Assembly (NCBI GenBank): GCA_013265495.1
Contig: MU058065.1
Span: 9,279,819-9,338,179, forward strand
Direction: 5' to 3'
Source: Vicugna vicugna
Taxonomy: Eukaryota
Length of the DNA: 58,361 nt
Below, one piece after another: positions 24,829-36,070 of the stretch. A program made the position numbers and the translations under genes. Every line of letters begins with the position of its first letter. Position 1 is the stretch's first letter. A model generated the notes under the pieces. That model was not told where the DNA came from. It saw only the letters and a program-made list of their open reading frames with translations, and did not search any database.

Positions 24829-25895
24829 ATCCTGGTTATATTTAGAAAGCAGATGCAAGAAGATTTGCCAGTGGTTTGCTCTGTGTGGTAGGAAAGGAAG
24901 AGAAGAGTCAAGGATGACTCTTGACATTTTTGACCCAAGCAGCTCGGAGAATGGAATTGCCATTTATTGATTTGGAGAAGCCCACTTGTGGTCAGATGGC
25001 CAAATTGGCCTCCCTGCTGTTCTTGTTCCCTCCTCCCCTCCACGTTTAGGCCAGTGAGGTCTTTGAGCAAGTCCTAGTTGCTTACATCTTCTCCCCTTTG
25101 GCTCCCGGTTGGATGGATAGATGTATACCTAGGAGCTTGTGGGCCCCCTTCCATGGAAACCCTTTGCTGTATGGTGTAGGTATTTTCCCACCAGTCATTG
25201 CTGATCTGGGCTAGAGTTAGATGACTCATTCAGGACTTTTCCACCCAGGCCGACTTTGTCCAACTCTATCCTCATCCTCCTTGCAAGTAGCCTGAGGCAT
25301 CTGTAAGATGGTAGAGTGGGTTTAGTCTCTCTGCTGCTCTGAACTAGTCTCTCTGGCTAACCTAGGAACGCCTGCATGTCTTCAGCTTTCTTTCAGTGTT
25401 GATTTCTTATTTTAGGTGAGCAATTTTGACTGTGGAAATGCTGTACCTTTGTGTATGTGTAGTTCGATGTGTAACAATCCTTTTCTAGCTATGGCTGTTG
25501 TGTTCCCTTTTTCCTAAGTCACTACTTCTGCCACCACATCTGTCTGAGTCAGTCTTACTCTTTCAGAGTCAGGTGATGAGGGACTAGACTTCATCAGGAG
25601 AAATTTGCTGAGAGCCTGTACAGCACAAGCCCCGTGTAGACCATTAGTAGACACAGAAGGGATTCAGGAGGACTTCCGGAGAAGATGGTTTCTGGGCCAG
25701 TCTTTGAAGGATTTAGATGTATAAAGAATGGGCAAAAGGGCATTTCAAAAAGAAAACAGTGAGAGAAGCCAGGTTTGGAGTACAGATCAGGAAAGGGTTG
25801 ATCGAGCGTGACTGTAGCTTGAGATATGTGAAGAGGATTCAAAGCAGGGTGGCTGGAAGGATTGTGTTTGGAGTCAGAGAGTGGAGTGTCTGCAG

Positions 25896-26080
25896 CAGGG
25901 ATTCTCAGACTGGAGGGTGCAACAGAAGCACCGGCAGGGCTTCTTAAACACAGTTTACAGCCTTGCGCGCAGAGCGTTCGGTTCAGTAGGTCTGCGGCAG
26001 GACCGGAGAATTTACGTTTCTAACAAGTGCAGAGGTGCTGCGGCTGCTGTTCGACCCAGGGATCATGCTTGGAGAACATT
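25896..26080. mobile_element. MER5A-like hAT relic
   Basis: ttctcagactggagggtgcaacagaagcacc...ttcagtaggtctg...gagaatttacgtttctaacaag...ttggagaaca. Confidence 0.7.
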
Positions 26081-26160
26081 TCAATAGCCAGAGTGGGGAC
26101 CGTGAGGTAGAAAGTGGTGTGATGAGAAAAGTCTATTTCAGAAGGCCCTGTAGGAATATT

Positions 26161-26240
26161 TCATATATATGTGGGATATATACGTGGACTATAAATATAT
26201 GGAGTATATATATGGGTATATATGGAGCATATCTATATTT
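26161..26240. repeat. degenerate (TATATATGG)-type low-complexity repeat
   Basis: atatatatgtgggatatatacgtggactataaatatatggagtatatatatgggtatatatggagc. Confidence 0.6.
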
Positions 26241-27324
26241 TTGGTCTGTTTTTATTATGTGCCTTACTCATGCTTTTTAATCATCCTCTATAGAAACCAG
26301 GCCCAGGTGCCTCTTAGTTTTATAAGCTTGGGTCACCTTGCATCACTGGGTAAAACTTTTCCACATTCTTTTAACCTTTGGCGTAAAAGAATTTGGCTTG
26401 AGATCTTTGATTATTCAGCTCCTTTTTCAAGTTTTTTTTTCTAATTGTAGGGTTTAGAGTATTTGTTTCTACCAGTCTTACTGCCCAGAAGGTTTTGATT
26501 GCTGTGAGACATGATTTGATTTATTAACTTTTCCTCATAGCTTCAATTCCTGGGCCCTGTTATCATCTTTATTGCCCTATGCCTCATTTTCCCCAGGCAT
26601 TTAGATCTTTCCCCAGATATAATAATTCAGCTAACACTGAGATAATAGAGACTCAAGACAGAGTTCTCATTCAGCGTCTACCTTATACTCTCTCCTTGGC
26701 TTCCAGGGGCCTCTGTAATCTGACCCTGCACAGCTTGTCTCCGTTTATTCCCTGCGAGCTCTAAATGCCATACTGATCTTTCCCTGGGGCTTTTGCTCCT
26801 GCTTGTCCCTCACCCTCACGTCATTGCTGATTCCCCGTGCCTACCTAAATGGTCCTCTAATAGCACCTCAACCAGGGAGCCTTCCTGGATCACACAGGCC
26901 TCTGATTGTCTCGTCTCTGAACTCCTTTTTCTTCTGCAAACTCCTTTGGAACCTGCACTCTGATTGTTAGGCTCACTGATTTGAGCTCCCACGCTCCACT
27001 GTAAGCTCCCGGAAGATGGGCCCCATGTCCCTGCCCCTCTGTGTCTCCACTTATCCTGTTGGCCTGGGTCACGCCTGATCCTGGTCGTCACTGAAGTACA
27101 TCCCACCTGGGATTCTTCTTGGTGAGCCTCATGCAGCTGCAGAAATGCGTAGTCTTTTCATTTGTGCTTAGATTCTGAGATGGCGAGTCAGCACACACAG
27201 TGTCTTCTCATTCCTCCGCACCTTGTTAGTGATCCTTAAATGGAGCAAACCTTCATGCCCTTACTTTGGAGGATATTATAGTGGAAATTAGGTGACTTGA
27301 ATCAGACTCAAGAAGTTACGGGTA

Positions 27325-27452
27325 GGGGGAGGGTATAGCTCAGAGTGGTAGAGGGCATGCCTAGCATGCGCGGGGTCCTGGGTTCAATCCCCAGTACCTT
27401 CATTCAAAAAATAAATAAGCCTAATTACCTTCCCCATTAAAAAAAATTGAAA
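27325..27452 (+). mobile_element. camelid tRNA-derived SINE (Vic-1-like)
   Basis: gggggagggtatagctcagagtggtagagggcatgcctagcatgcgcggggtcctgggttcaatccccagtacc...cctaattacct...A tail; TSD agaagttacgggt / agaagttacaggt. Confidence 0.92.
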
Positions 27453-29479
27453 GAGAAGTTACAGGTCGCACACTGACAGGACCTGGGGCCAGATAGAGCT
27501 CAATGGGCATATTTTTTTTGATGAATATTTGAGGAAAGGATAGTTTTTAGTGTTTGTTTTGTTTTGTTGGCTTACTTTTTAATTTTTGAATTTGAATGCC
27601 TTTAACCTGGCCGGCATCCTCCAGCCCCCTCAGATCCCACTGCTTCCCGATCGTTCCTGTCATGCAGTCCCTGGAAGCATCTGAGTTTGAGACTCCTGGC
27701 CTAAGTATTTGAAGGAAACAAAGAAGGTTAATTCTGGCTGTGGATACACTTTAAAAACTATAGAGCAGTTTACCAGAATAAGTTGTCACTGTTAGTTCAA
27801 CTGCATACTGAAATGGTGGTTTGCTGAAAGCAGATGGCATAGAATGAAGGAGGCTGGATGATGTGATGATGAAATAGGATCTGTTTACAAATGAGTAGTG
27901 TTTGGAGATAACTTGAATGTACAAGAAGAAAGGAGAAAGGGTTAAGGATGAATTATACAGGCTCAGGAGGCAGTCATAGAGGAAGAGGATACTTCAAACA
28001 TCATAATTATAAATACACCTGTAGACTTACTATGTGCCAGGCACTTACATTACCTGTTTTAAGAAAATAAAAACTAGAAGAAGAAAGGGTATTAAAGAAA
28101 GGACATTCATTTAAATTAAGGTTTCTTTCTTTGTGTCAGCATTTTACATACATTTTCTGCCATGGAATTATTACTTCTCCTCCCAGCACCGCACCTCCCA
28201 CCCCATGAATAGTAGGCTTTATTTTTGGCCAACTTCTAGGTGAATTTTCTCACCCTCGCTGGAGTAGCTGCCTGAGACTTAGGGAGAAAGTCTGGGATTA
28301 GCATGGAGGTGTCAGTGAAAGGGAAAAGGTACTCTCTTTCCAGCAGCAGTGCACTTCCAGGAGGGAAGTTTTTACTCTTCATTTAGGAAGAATTGCAGAG
28401 AAAGAATTTTTACATAATCTAATAAATTGTGTTCAGTATTAAAAAGTAATGAAGTAATGATTTACTTTAATACCCAAGTTTCTACTTATAAACGATGAAA
28501 CACACACACATATGGCCAGAGTGTTAAAAACAGCAGCAAAACGTCCAGCTTTCCTTCCCTGGGGCCCGTTTCTTCTTGGGCTGCTGCCACCCATCTCCAG
28601 GCTTCCCGCCTCCCTGAGCACTGGTATCAAACATATCATTACTTGCTGCCCACTCGGCGCCCATGTGTTTAAGGGTAGTTAGGTTTTCCCGACCAAACCC
28701 AACTTTCTCCGGCCTTTGTATTGTTAGTCAAGGTCAAAGAGACATATCTGTCATCTGCCTCTTTGTCAAGTAGCTGTGAACAGCTGTCAAACAAACAGAT
28801 AAGCAAATAAAAGGGTTTAATTTTTATAATATGAAGTGTTATCCAACAACATGCTGTTATACTACTTATTATGAAGGTTTTTTTTTAATGCTCAAAAGGT
28901 CGAATGAAGAAGAATATTTACAGATCAGTCAAAACCATTTCAACATATTTCCTTTGAGTTTCCTAAATGTAGTGGTTTAAAAAACAATAGTTGTCACTAT
29001 ATTAAATCTATAAGTTTTTTATTTTCACAAAACATAACTTTTTCATTTCATTATCTAATTTTCTTAATGATCATTCAAAATGACTATGTAACTTCCCTTC
29101 CAGTGGGTGCTTACTTATTTATTTTACTGTGCCCCTGTTGTTGGACTTCTAAATTGCTGTGGTTTTTCTCTGTTCCATAACATTGAGATGGATATCTTTG
29201 TGGAGAAAACCTCTGCAATATTTAGAACTAGTTTTCTGGGATATGAAGAAGTGTAATAACCGGGTGTAAACAATTTGCCTAATTTTCTTAATGGCGTGAC
29301 TATTCATCCAGAGTACAATAGAAATGCTCTGAAAGAGATTTGAAATAAAAGAGCTTTCATGTAATATATCAACTATCATATATAGCAAATAAAAGATTTT
29401 TTAAAAATCTTCATTGCTTTATCGAAATTAAGCATTGTGGTAATTGTGGTTATTGAGCTTTGCCTTTTTTTTTTAATAG

Positions 29480-29566
29480 GCTTATTATGCCCGAGATGCT
29501 CTGGCTAAAAACCTCTACAGCAGGTTGTTTTCCTGGTTGGTAAATCGAATCAATGAAAGCATTAAG
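29480..29566 (+). CDS. MYO1B: MYO1B exon (~exon 12), 87 nt
   Basis: taatag|GCTTATTAT...ATTAAG|gtactg; AYYARDALAKNLYSRLFSWLVNRINESIK. Confidence 0.95.
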
Positions 29567-30330
29567 GTACTGAATCTCTATACCAAGTGAATCCGTTGTA
29601 ATAAATGGTATTCAGAGTATAAACATTAAATTGAAGAAGATATTTTAATTTTATAATCAGGTAATTGATTACCACCTGCAAAGAGTATTCCTTGGAAAGA
29701 ATTTACCTTGTATGGTATTGAAATTTGTCAGCGGTTCTATTTTGTTTTGCCGTGTATTATAAGAAATCTCACCCATGAATAGTCTGATGGTCTTTGCAGA
29801 GTTACTGTGAGAGGCAGCAGCCCACACGTCTTGGTTGCGGCTCTTCTACTGACTAGTTGTACACACTTTGCTGAAGAAGTCACTTGACCTCTCCAGCTAC
29901 TAATATGTTCTTCAATGAAATGAGGGTATTGGACTAGGTGATTTTGAAGCACCCTGCCTGTTGTAAGATTCAATGATCTCTTTTTTTTATAATTTAGCAT
30001 GTAATATAGCATCTAATAAAGAAGGCATAATAATACCTTCTTTAGAGAAGTCTGTTATTTAAATCATTACTATATTAAAATTTTATTAATAATAGCTATT
30101 GTTAATAAATTGTTATTAAATTAGTAAATTAAAAAAATAAACTATTATTAAAATTTCTGGAAGATTCCATGCCAGTATCCTATCTCATATGTTGAACATA
30201 CCTAAATTATAGTTTTTCTCCTAAGTTTTGAAACACAGTTAACTTGTAATATATGTGTATATTCCTTGGTATACTTTTAGTGTTATATTTCATGCTTCAA
30301 CTAACCTATCAATTTGAAACTTTTTTTAAG

Positions 30331-30396
30331 GCACAGACAAAAGTGAGAAAGAAGGTCATGGGTGTTTTGGACATTTATGGCTTTGAAATTTTTGAG
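30331..30396 (+). CDS. MYO1B: MYO1B exon (~exon 13), 66 nt, switch II
   Basis: tttaag|GCACAG...TTTGAG|gtaagc; AQTKVRKKVMGVLDIYGFEIFE. Confidence 0.95.
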
Positions 30397-31334
30397 GTAA
30401 GCTTTTTTCTGTTTTTTAAAATTATCATTATTAAGTGGAACAATTGGAAATTTAAATCACATATTCTGTAGGTAGCATTGATACGATTCATGTGACTTTG
30501 AATCTACAAATGACCTTTGTAAAGATGTAACAAAATGTTTGTGTGTGTGTGTGTGTTTGTGTTTTAAGGGCAGAGGTCCAGCATGCTGGAGAGGGTGCTG
30601 TTTAAAAAGACCTTCTTATATTAGTACTTGACTTTTGAAACTGCAGATTCCAAGTTCTTACTGTGAAACTTCCACCAGGTATATGGCCATTATGTCTATA
30701 GTCATTGGTTCGTTTGTAGGTTGCTTGTAAGTGAGGTAGGATGGTGCTATGAAAAAAGCCAGGAATGGCAGCGCCAGATGCTAGCCCCTTCATCTCCACT
30801 GGATTCTGGCAGAGCGGGTCTGGATTACATGATTTGTTGGGGTTTACCCAGGTCTCATCCAGCCATGCTCTTCCAGTATGAGTTCTGCTACAAAGGTTGA
30901 AAAAAACTTCTACTGAAGTTCATAATGAATTTTTAAAAAAGACTTCATGCTTATTAAGAATTAAATATTTAAACATATAGACTTATGCTAGAATTTCCTT
31001 TAGGGGCTGTTTTTAAAGGACCTTTTAAAATACGTACTCTCACTTTTGGAAGTAGTGTTTCAGTTTGGTTCAGGAAAATAAGTAGGTCAGGCTCCACCTT
31101 TCTTAATTCTCCCCACAAGTGATGATTTGTGAATTCCTTTAAACAACCAGGCCCTACTGAGAATGAAATGACCACCCAAAGAATTTACATGTTCCAAATT
31201 ATCAGGTTCACGGAGTCACAGGAAAAACATCAGCCCATTCCCTGCAGCTAAGCCAAGCCTTTCTAGGAAACACCTTTTACTTACAACATTTATTTGGGGA
31301 TAGTACCTCTCCTTGCTTTATCTAGTGTTGAATA

Positions 31335-31540
31335 ATTACTGAGGACTGTCTTGCAAGGATTGTGGTAAGTGTGATGTACGTTGTCTGATTTAATTGTCAC
31401 AACAGCCTCATGAAGTAGCTGCTGTTATTATTATTTCTATTTTACAGATGAGAAGGTGAGGCTCTGAAGGTCAAGTAACTATACCAAGGTTACACAGCTA
31501 CTAACTGGCAGGCTCAGGACCTAAATCTTAGGCTTCCTTG
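31335..31540 (-). mobile_element. MIR SINE
   Basis: tttaattgtcacaacagcctcatgaagtag...attttacagatgagaaggtgaggctctg...aagtaactataccaaggttacacagcta. Confidence 0.8.
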
Positions 31541-32841
31541 ATAAATGGTGTAGGGCCTTCTACAGGGCTTTTCTTCCCTTTTCTCCAGAAACTCACATGG
31601 TTCCCAACATCTGGAAATAAGGAAAAGTCCCAAATGCCTTAAGTCTCTGATGCTCCCTACTTCTGCGCCTTTGTCATCATTCCATGCTTCTGGCCAGCAT
31701 GGGGACCCCTCCCAGAGTTCCTCTGTGTGCTGGAGGCTGGGTGTGGGCCACTCATGCTGTGTGCTGCCCTAGAAAACTGCCCTTCAGCACAGTGTTTGCT
31801 TATATAGGTGCCCCTTTGGCAGACTCTGCAGAGGAAGGCTTCCAGTTCCTTGTTTTTCGTTTTTGTTCTTTTAAAAAGGGAAGAATTCAAGATTTGCAAG
31901 AAAGGAGAATTACTTGAGTCTACTCAGAAGTCTACTCTTTCTGGCAAGACAAGTTACTGTCACTAAGTGGATACTAAATGTCAAAGACATTCTTCACAGT
32001 TTGCAGGGAAAAAGATTTCTTACCTGGCACACTGCTGATCTTTATTTAGATGGTCTCATGAACAGGGCAAAAACAGAGATCTCACTAGCAAGTTAGAAGA
32101 AAAAGTTATATTCAGTGATATTTCTAAAATCAAACTGATTTTATTTTTATTTTGCCAGAAAAAAATTATTAATCCTTAAATCAGTGGGCAGGTACGTAAT
32201 GTCACATCACACAATATATGGAAACTTTAAAAAAAAAAATCGGATCGTGATGGGACATTGGCCTGGTTTCGTCTTCCAACGTGTCCTAAGATCTAATTAG
32301 CCATGAGAAAAGAGAACCCCACAGTCCTCGGGGAACTGAGTGACACCTCATGAGCAATTTGACCAAATAAGTAAGAGAATCATTTCTTCAGTATTTATTC
32401 AGTGCCTGGTATGAGCCAGATTGCAGCAGTAAACAAGGCAGAGATGTTCTTGCCTGCATGGAGCTTATGATCTTGGTCCTGAAATTGAGGGTCTGTTAGT
32501 AGCTGAGGACAAATCCTATCTGGTAGGAAGATCTAATCAGGAAACTAGATTACTTTTTAGAAGTGTTTGCTGCAGACCTAATCAGAACAGGATTTAGATG
32601 TTCCAAGTAGAAACATCCTGTAACTTGCCACTGAGTGAAACACCCTTTAGGAAACCAGGAATATTTTCCCCTTATGGTTAATGCAGGTTTCTCTATAAGC
32701 CCATCTTTCTGAGCATGCTTCACTTCTGCAAGTTGTATCACCATTTTTCTCAACAGTGCTGCAATTATGGACTTTATGAAAATGCCTGCATTGTGTTTCT
32801 AAACGGTCTTCTTCGTTTCTTTAGAGGAACATACTCCAGCT

Positions 32842-33014
32842 CAGTAGTTCTCAAACTTAGCTGCATGTTGGAATTACCTGGGGAGCTTTTGAAGATTCAA
32901 GTGTCCAGGCTGCACCCAGGCCAGTAAATCAGAATCTCTGGGTGTAGAGTCCCAGCAGGAGTATTTTAAAGCTCCCGGGCAATCCCAGTGTACAGTCAAG
33001 GTTGAGACCAGCTG
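32842..33014. mobile_element. MER5A (hAT-Charlie MITE), near full length
   Basis: TIR-like ends cagtagttctcaaactt ... aaggttgagaccagctg; internal gaattacctggggagcttt and aatcagaatctctgggtg. Confidence 0.85.
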
Positions 33015-35947
33015 CTCTAGTAACCAGGAATCTTCAGCGTGAACGGTAAATTCCAAGCGTATGTGGTGCTCTTGCTCTTTGACCTTTACACAAGATGCCC
33101 TTGTAAAACATCCCGCCTCACCTACAGTTCATTTTAACCTAAATGTAATCTGTGTATATGTAATATTTCTAAAGCCAAACAGGTTACATTTCTACTCTTT
33201 TTAAACAGAGGTTTCAGCAAATACCAAATCCAACCAGTCGTATGCCTATCGTAAATCTTATGATGGCCATAAAATCTTTAGAACTTAATTTCCCTTCCCC
33301 ATGCAGTAAATGCATTTTCTTCCCAGTTTCTTGAGACAATGAAGATTTACTTTTCATTATAGTTAATTGTTCTCTTCATTTTCCTGCCTAAACCTTCTTA
33401 GATTAACCTCTCAAACATCTTGATTTTTAATAATCTATTTATGAATTTTTTATTTTATAAAAGAGATTTGGTTGGGCACTCTTAAGATACATTTACCTGC
33501 TTTCTGATACAGAATTAGAATTTTTTTTTAATGTTTTCACATACGTACCCCAGATGCCATCATGTATTTCCTGGATTCTCAGCAGAATTGGAACACGTGG
33601 AAATGTCAGGGAGCTCATGGGATTAACACTAAGCCAGATAATCGAGGACTTAAAAGCACCACAGGCCAGAGCACATGGGCTCAGAGTATGACTTAGGAAG
33701 AAGCATTCAGACTCCAGCACATCAGTGCAAAAATGAAAATTTCTGAGATATTGTCTACTCGACTGGAAATAAACTGATAGAGTATAGAGGAAATTGTGCC
33801 TTGGTTCCTCAGTGAAAACTGACTGCAGAAATTAAGGTTCTGCCTTTTGGAAAGCCCTGGGCACCACTTTAAAAATTGGACAGGACACCAGAAAAAAATT
33901 TTTTTTGAATGTTTCTAATTCTGCCTCTTGACCCTACTGACAGTTCCCATGAGAACATTTTTCAGCTGAGCTGGTGGAACCTTTCATTTACTTTGGTCTG
34001 TCTCTAAATGGAAGAGGGAAACTGATGCAGTAAACCATGGGATGATGACACACGGATTTGACTGCAAAACATTCCAGTGCCAGCCGGGTGAATAGCTCTG
34101 CCTGGCTGGCCGCATGTGATCTGATGTCAGTTTGGAAAACAGATTAGTGGAATATTGATACTAAAAATAAGGTGAAGTGAATTAAAGTTCATTGAGGAGA
34201 AAAATCTAGCTATAAATCCTAGTAGAACATAACCAGTTTTGCAAAGGAAGGTAATTATAATCCACACACTCCAGGTCTACACAGTGAAGTCTGGATATTC
34301 TTGCAACTGAAAACATGGCCCTAGATCTCTGAGGAATACTTAACAGCATCTACGTAAAGATAACAAATGCTGTTCTTTAAAAACATGAAACGAAATTTAA
34401 AACAGTGTTGGGCAATCTAAATTGATTCTTTTTTCTAAGTACTTCTCTAGGTCTTAAACTGGACAGGTATTTTCCTGTAGGGGGAAATCTGTCTGTGTCC
34501 TGTAGTCCAAAGCGGAACAGCAGTGGCTGAGTACTTCACTTTTCATATGATTGATCTAGTTTGTTCTACAGGCGAAACGCTAGTTACTTTGAATCAGGCT
34601 CTCTTACTCATCTTGACCTTAGAGCCTCATTGAAAGTGGCCATGTATAGTGAGGGTCTGGTAGGCTGGGTGTGATGCCTGTTTCAAGTAAAACAGTCTAA
34701 TATTTGGGGAGGTGTCAGTGTCAGCGAGATGAACTGGTAAGTTCGTCTCATGATTATAGGATTTGTTTTCTAAAATATTTCTAGAATATTGATTCTAGTT
34801 ATAGGCGACACCTTTTGTTCCAGTTTTTTGCCTTTAACGTTTGTCCTTCATGTGCTATAGAGCTTAGAGTTGAAGAGGAAGGAGACAATTTAAAGTAGAT
34901 TGTAAAACGGAAATGGTGAGAATTAATACTGTTCATCATGCAGATTGCTCATTCATCATTGCTCTTGCTTTAACTTTTTAAATCAAAGCCTATTTTAAAA
35001 TATTAAGAGCACTGTAACCCTAAAAATTTTCTAAAATTGACCGTATTTGGATGTGTACCTGGAAGAAAAATGTTTTCTATTTAAAGGGAAGTTTTCTGTA
35101 ACTTCTGCTAGTCTTCAATTTGAGGAATGTCTGAAAAGGAGAATACATAATGCTAAAATGTTTTTCTCTTATTTTGAGGATAATTTTTTCAAGTTTACTT
35201 TCTGGAGAAAAAAAGTAGTTCTTGGATTTGGGGTCCATTTCTTAACATGATTTGTAAAAATGGATTGCATAAAAATGGATTTTAAAAGTGCATCACATTT
35301 TTCTGTAGGAGCAGCATTGTAACTGGGACTGGCCGAGGGCTTTCCACCAAGCCGGTCTTTGCTAGGACCTGCAGCACATTTTGAAGCAGTGATACAGCCC
35401 AGCTCCTCTAAGTGCTGTTACACTTATAAAGTTATAATTTAGATAAATACACTATTTCACCCTCTATGCAGGAGACTTCGTTGTATGTGAAATATGGAAC
35501 CCCACCCAACTTGTTATATCCAAAATTTGACCTCAAATGAAAGTGTTGAACCATGAGAAGTGTCAATTAAATATATAATTGATAGCAGTGTTTGCTTAAG
35601 TGAGTCATGGTCTTTGTGTTTGAACTGCCCACCCTCACCCCCTGCATCTTTCTTATCGCCATCCTAATGACAGAGATGACAGAGCTGCCTCCTTTACTTT
35701 ACATCTTCCTTCCAATATTTATTGTTTTTAAAGAGTATAAGATTTAAATACCTGTCTTAAAGAGTGTATCATTAACCTTATTTATTGCCGAGAATATACA
35801 AATGTGGTAACAGGCCAGTATTTCTGATCCATCTTTCAAAATCATCTCAAGTGGAAACTCATGGTTGATATTTAGGAGTATGAACTATATTGGGAGTAAG
35901 ACTTTCTGTGTCTTTGCTATTGGAAAGATAGATTCAAACTCGAATTC

Positions 35948-36070
35948 TTTTTTGTGGGGGGAGTGGGCAATTAGGTTTATTTATTTATTTTTAAAGGAGG
36001 TTCTGGAGATTGAACTCAGGACCTCATGCATGCTAAGCATGCACTCTACCATTTGAGCTATACCCTCCCC
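35948..36070 (-). mobile_element. camelid tRNA-derived SINE (Vic-1-like)
   Basis: gcaattaggtttattt...ggagattgaactcaggacctcatgcatgctaagcatgcactctacc...gagctataccctcccc; TSD caaactc(ta)gaattctt. Confidence 0.9.

Larger units (their letters stand above)
23860..24980 (-). mobile_element. L2 relic interrupted by an MLT1A LTR and a Vic-1-like SINE
   Basis: ccctgccctcatggagc at the left; ctctggctgcaacgtggagag before the LTR; gaagagtcaaggatgactc...gaatggaattgccatttattga after the SINE. Confidence 0.65.

Noticed and set aside
27325..27400. tRNA-like sequence with A and B boxes
   Set aside because: It is the head of a SINE, with a tail, a TSD and four further copies in the window; not a tRNA gene.
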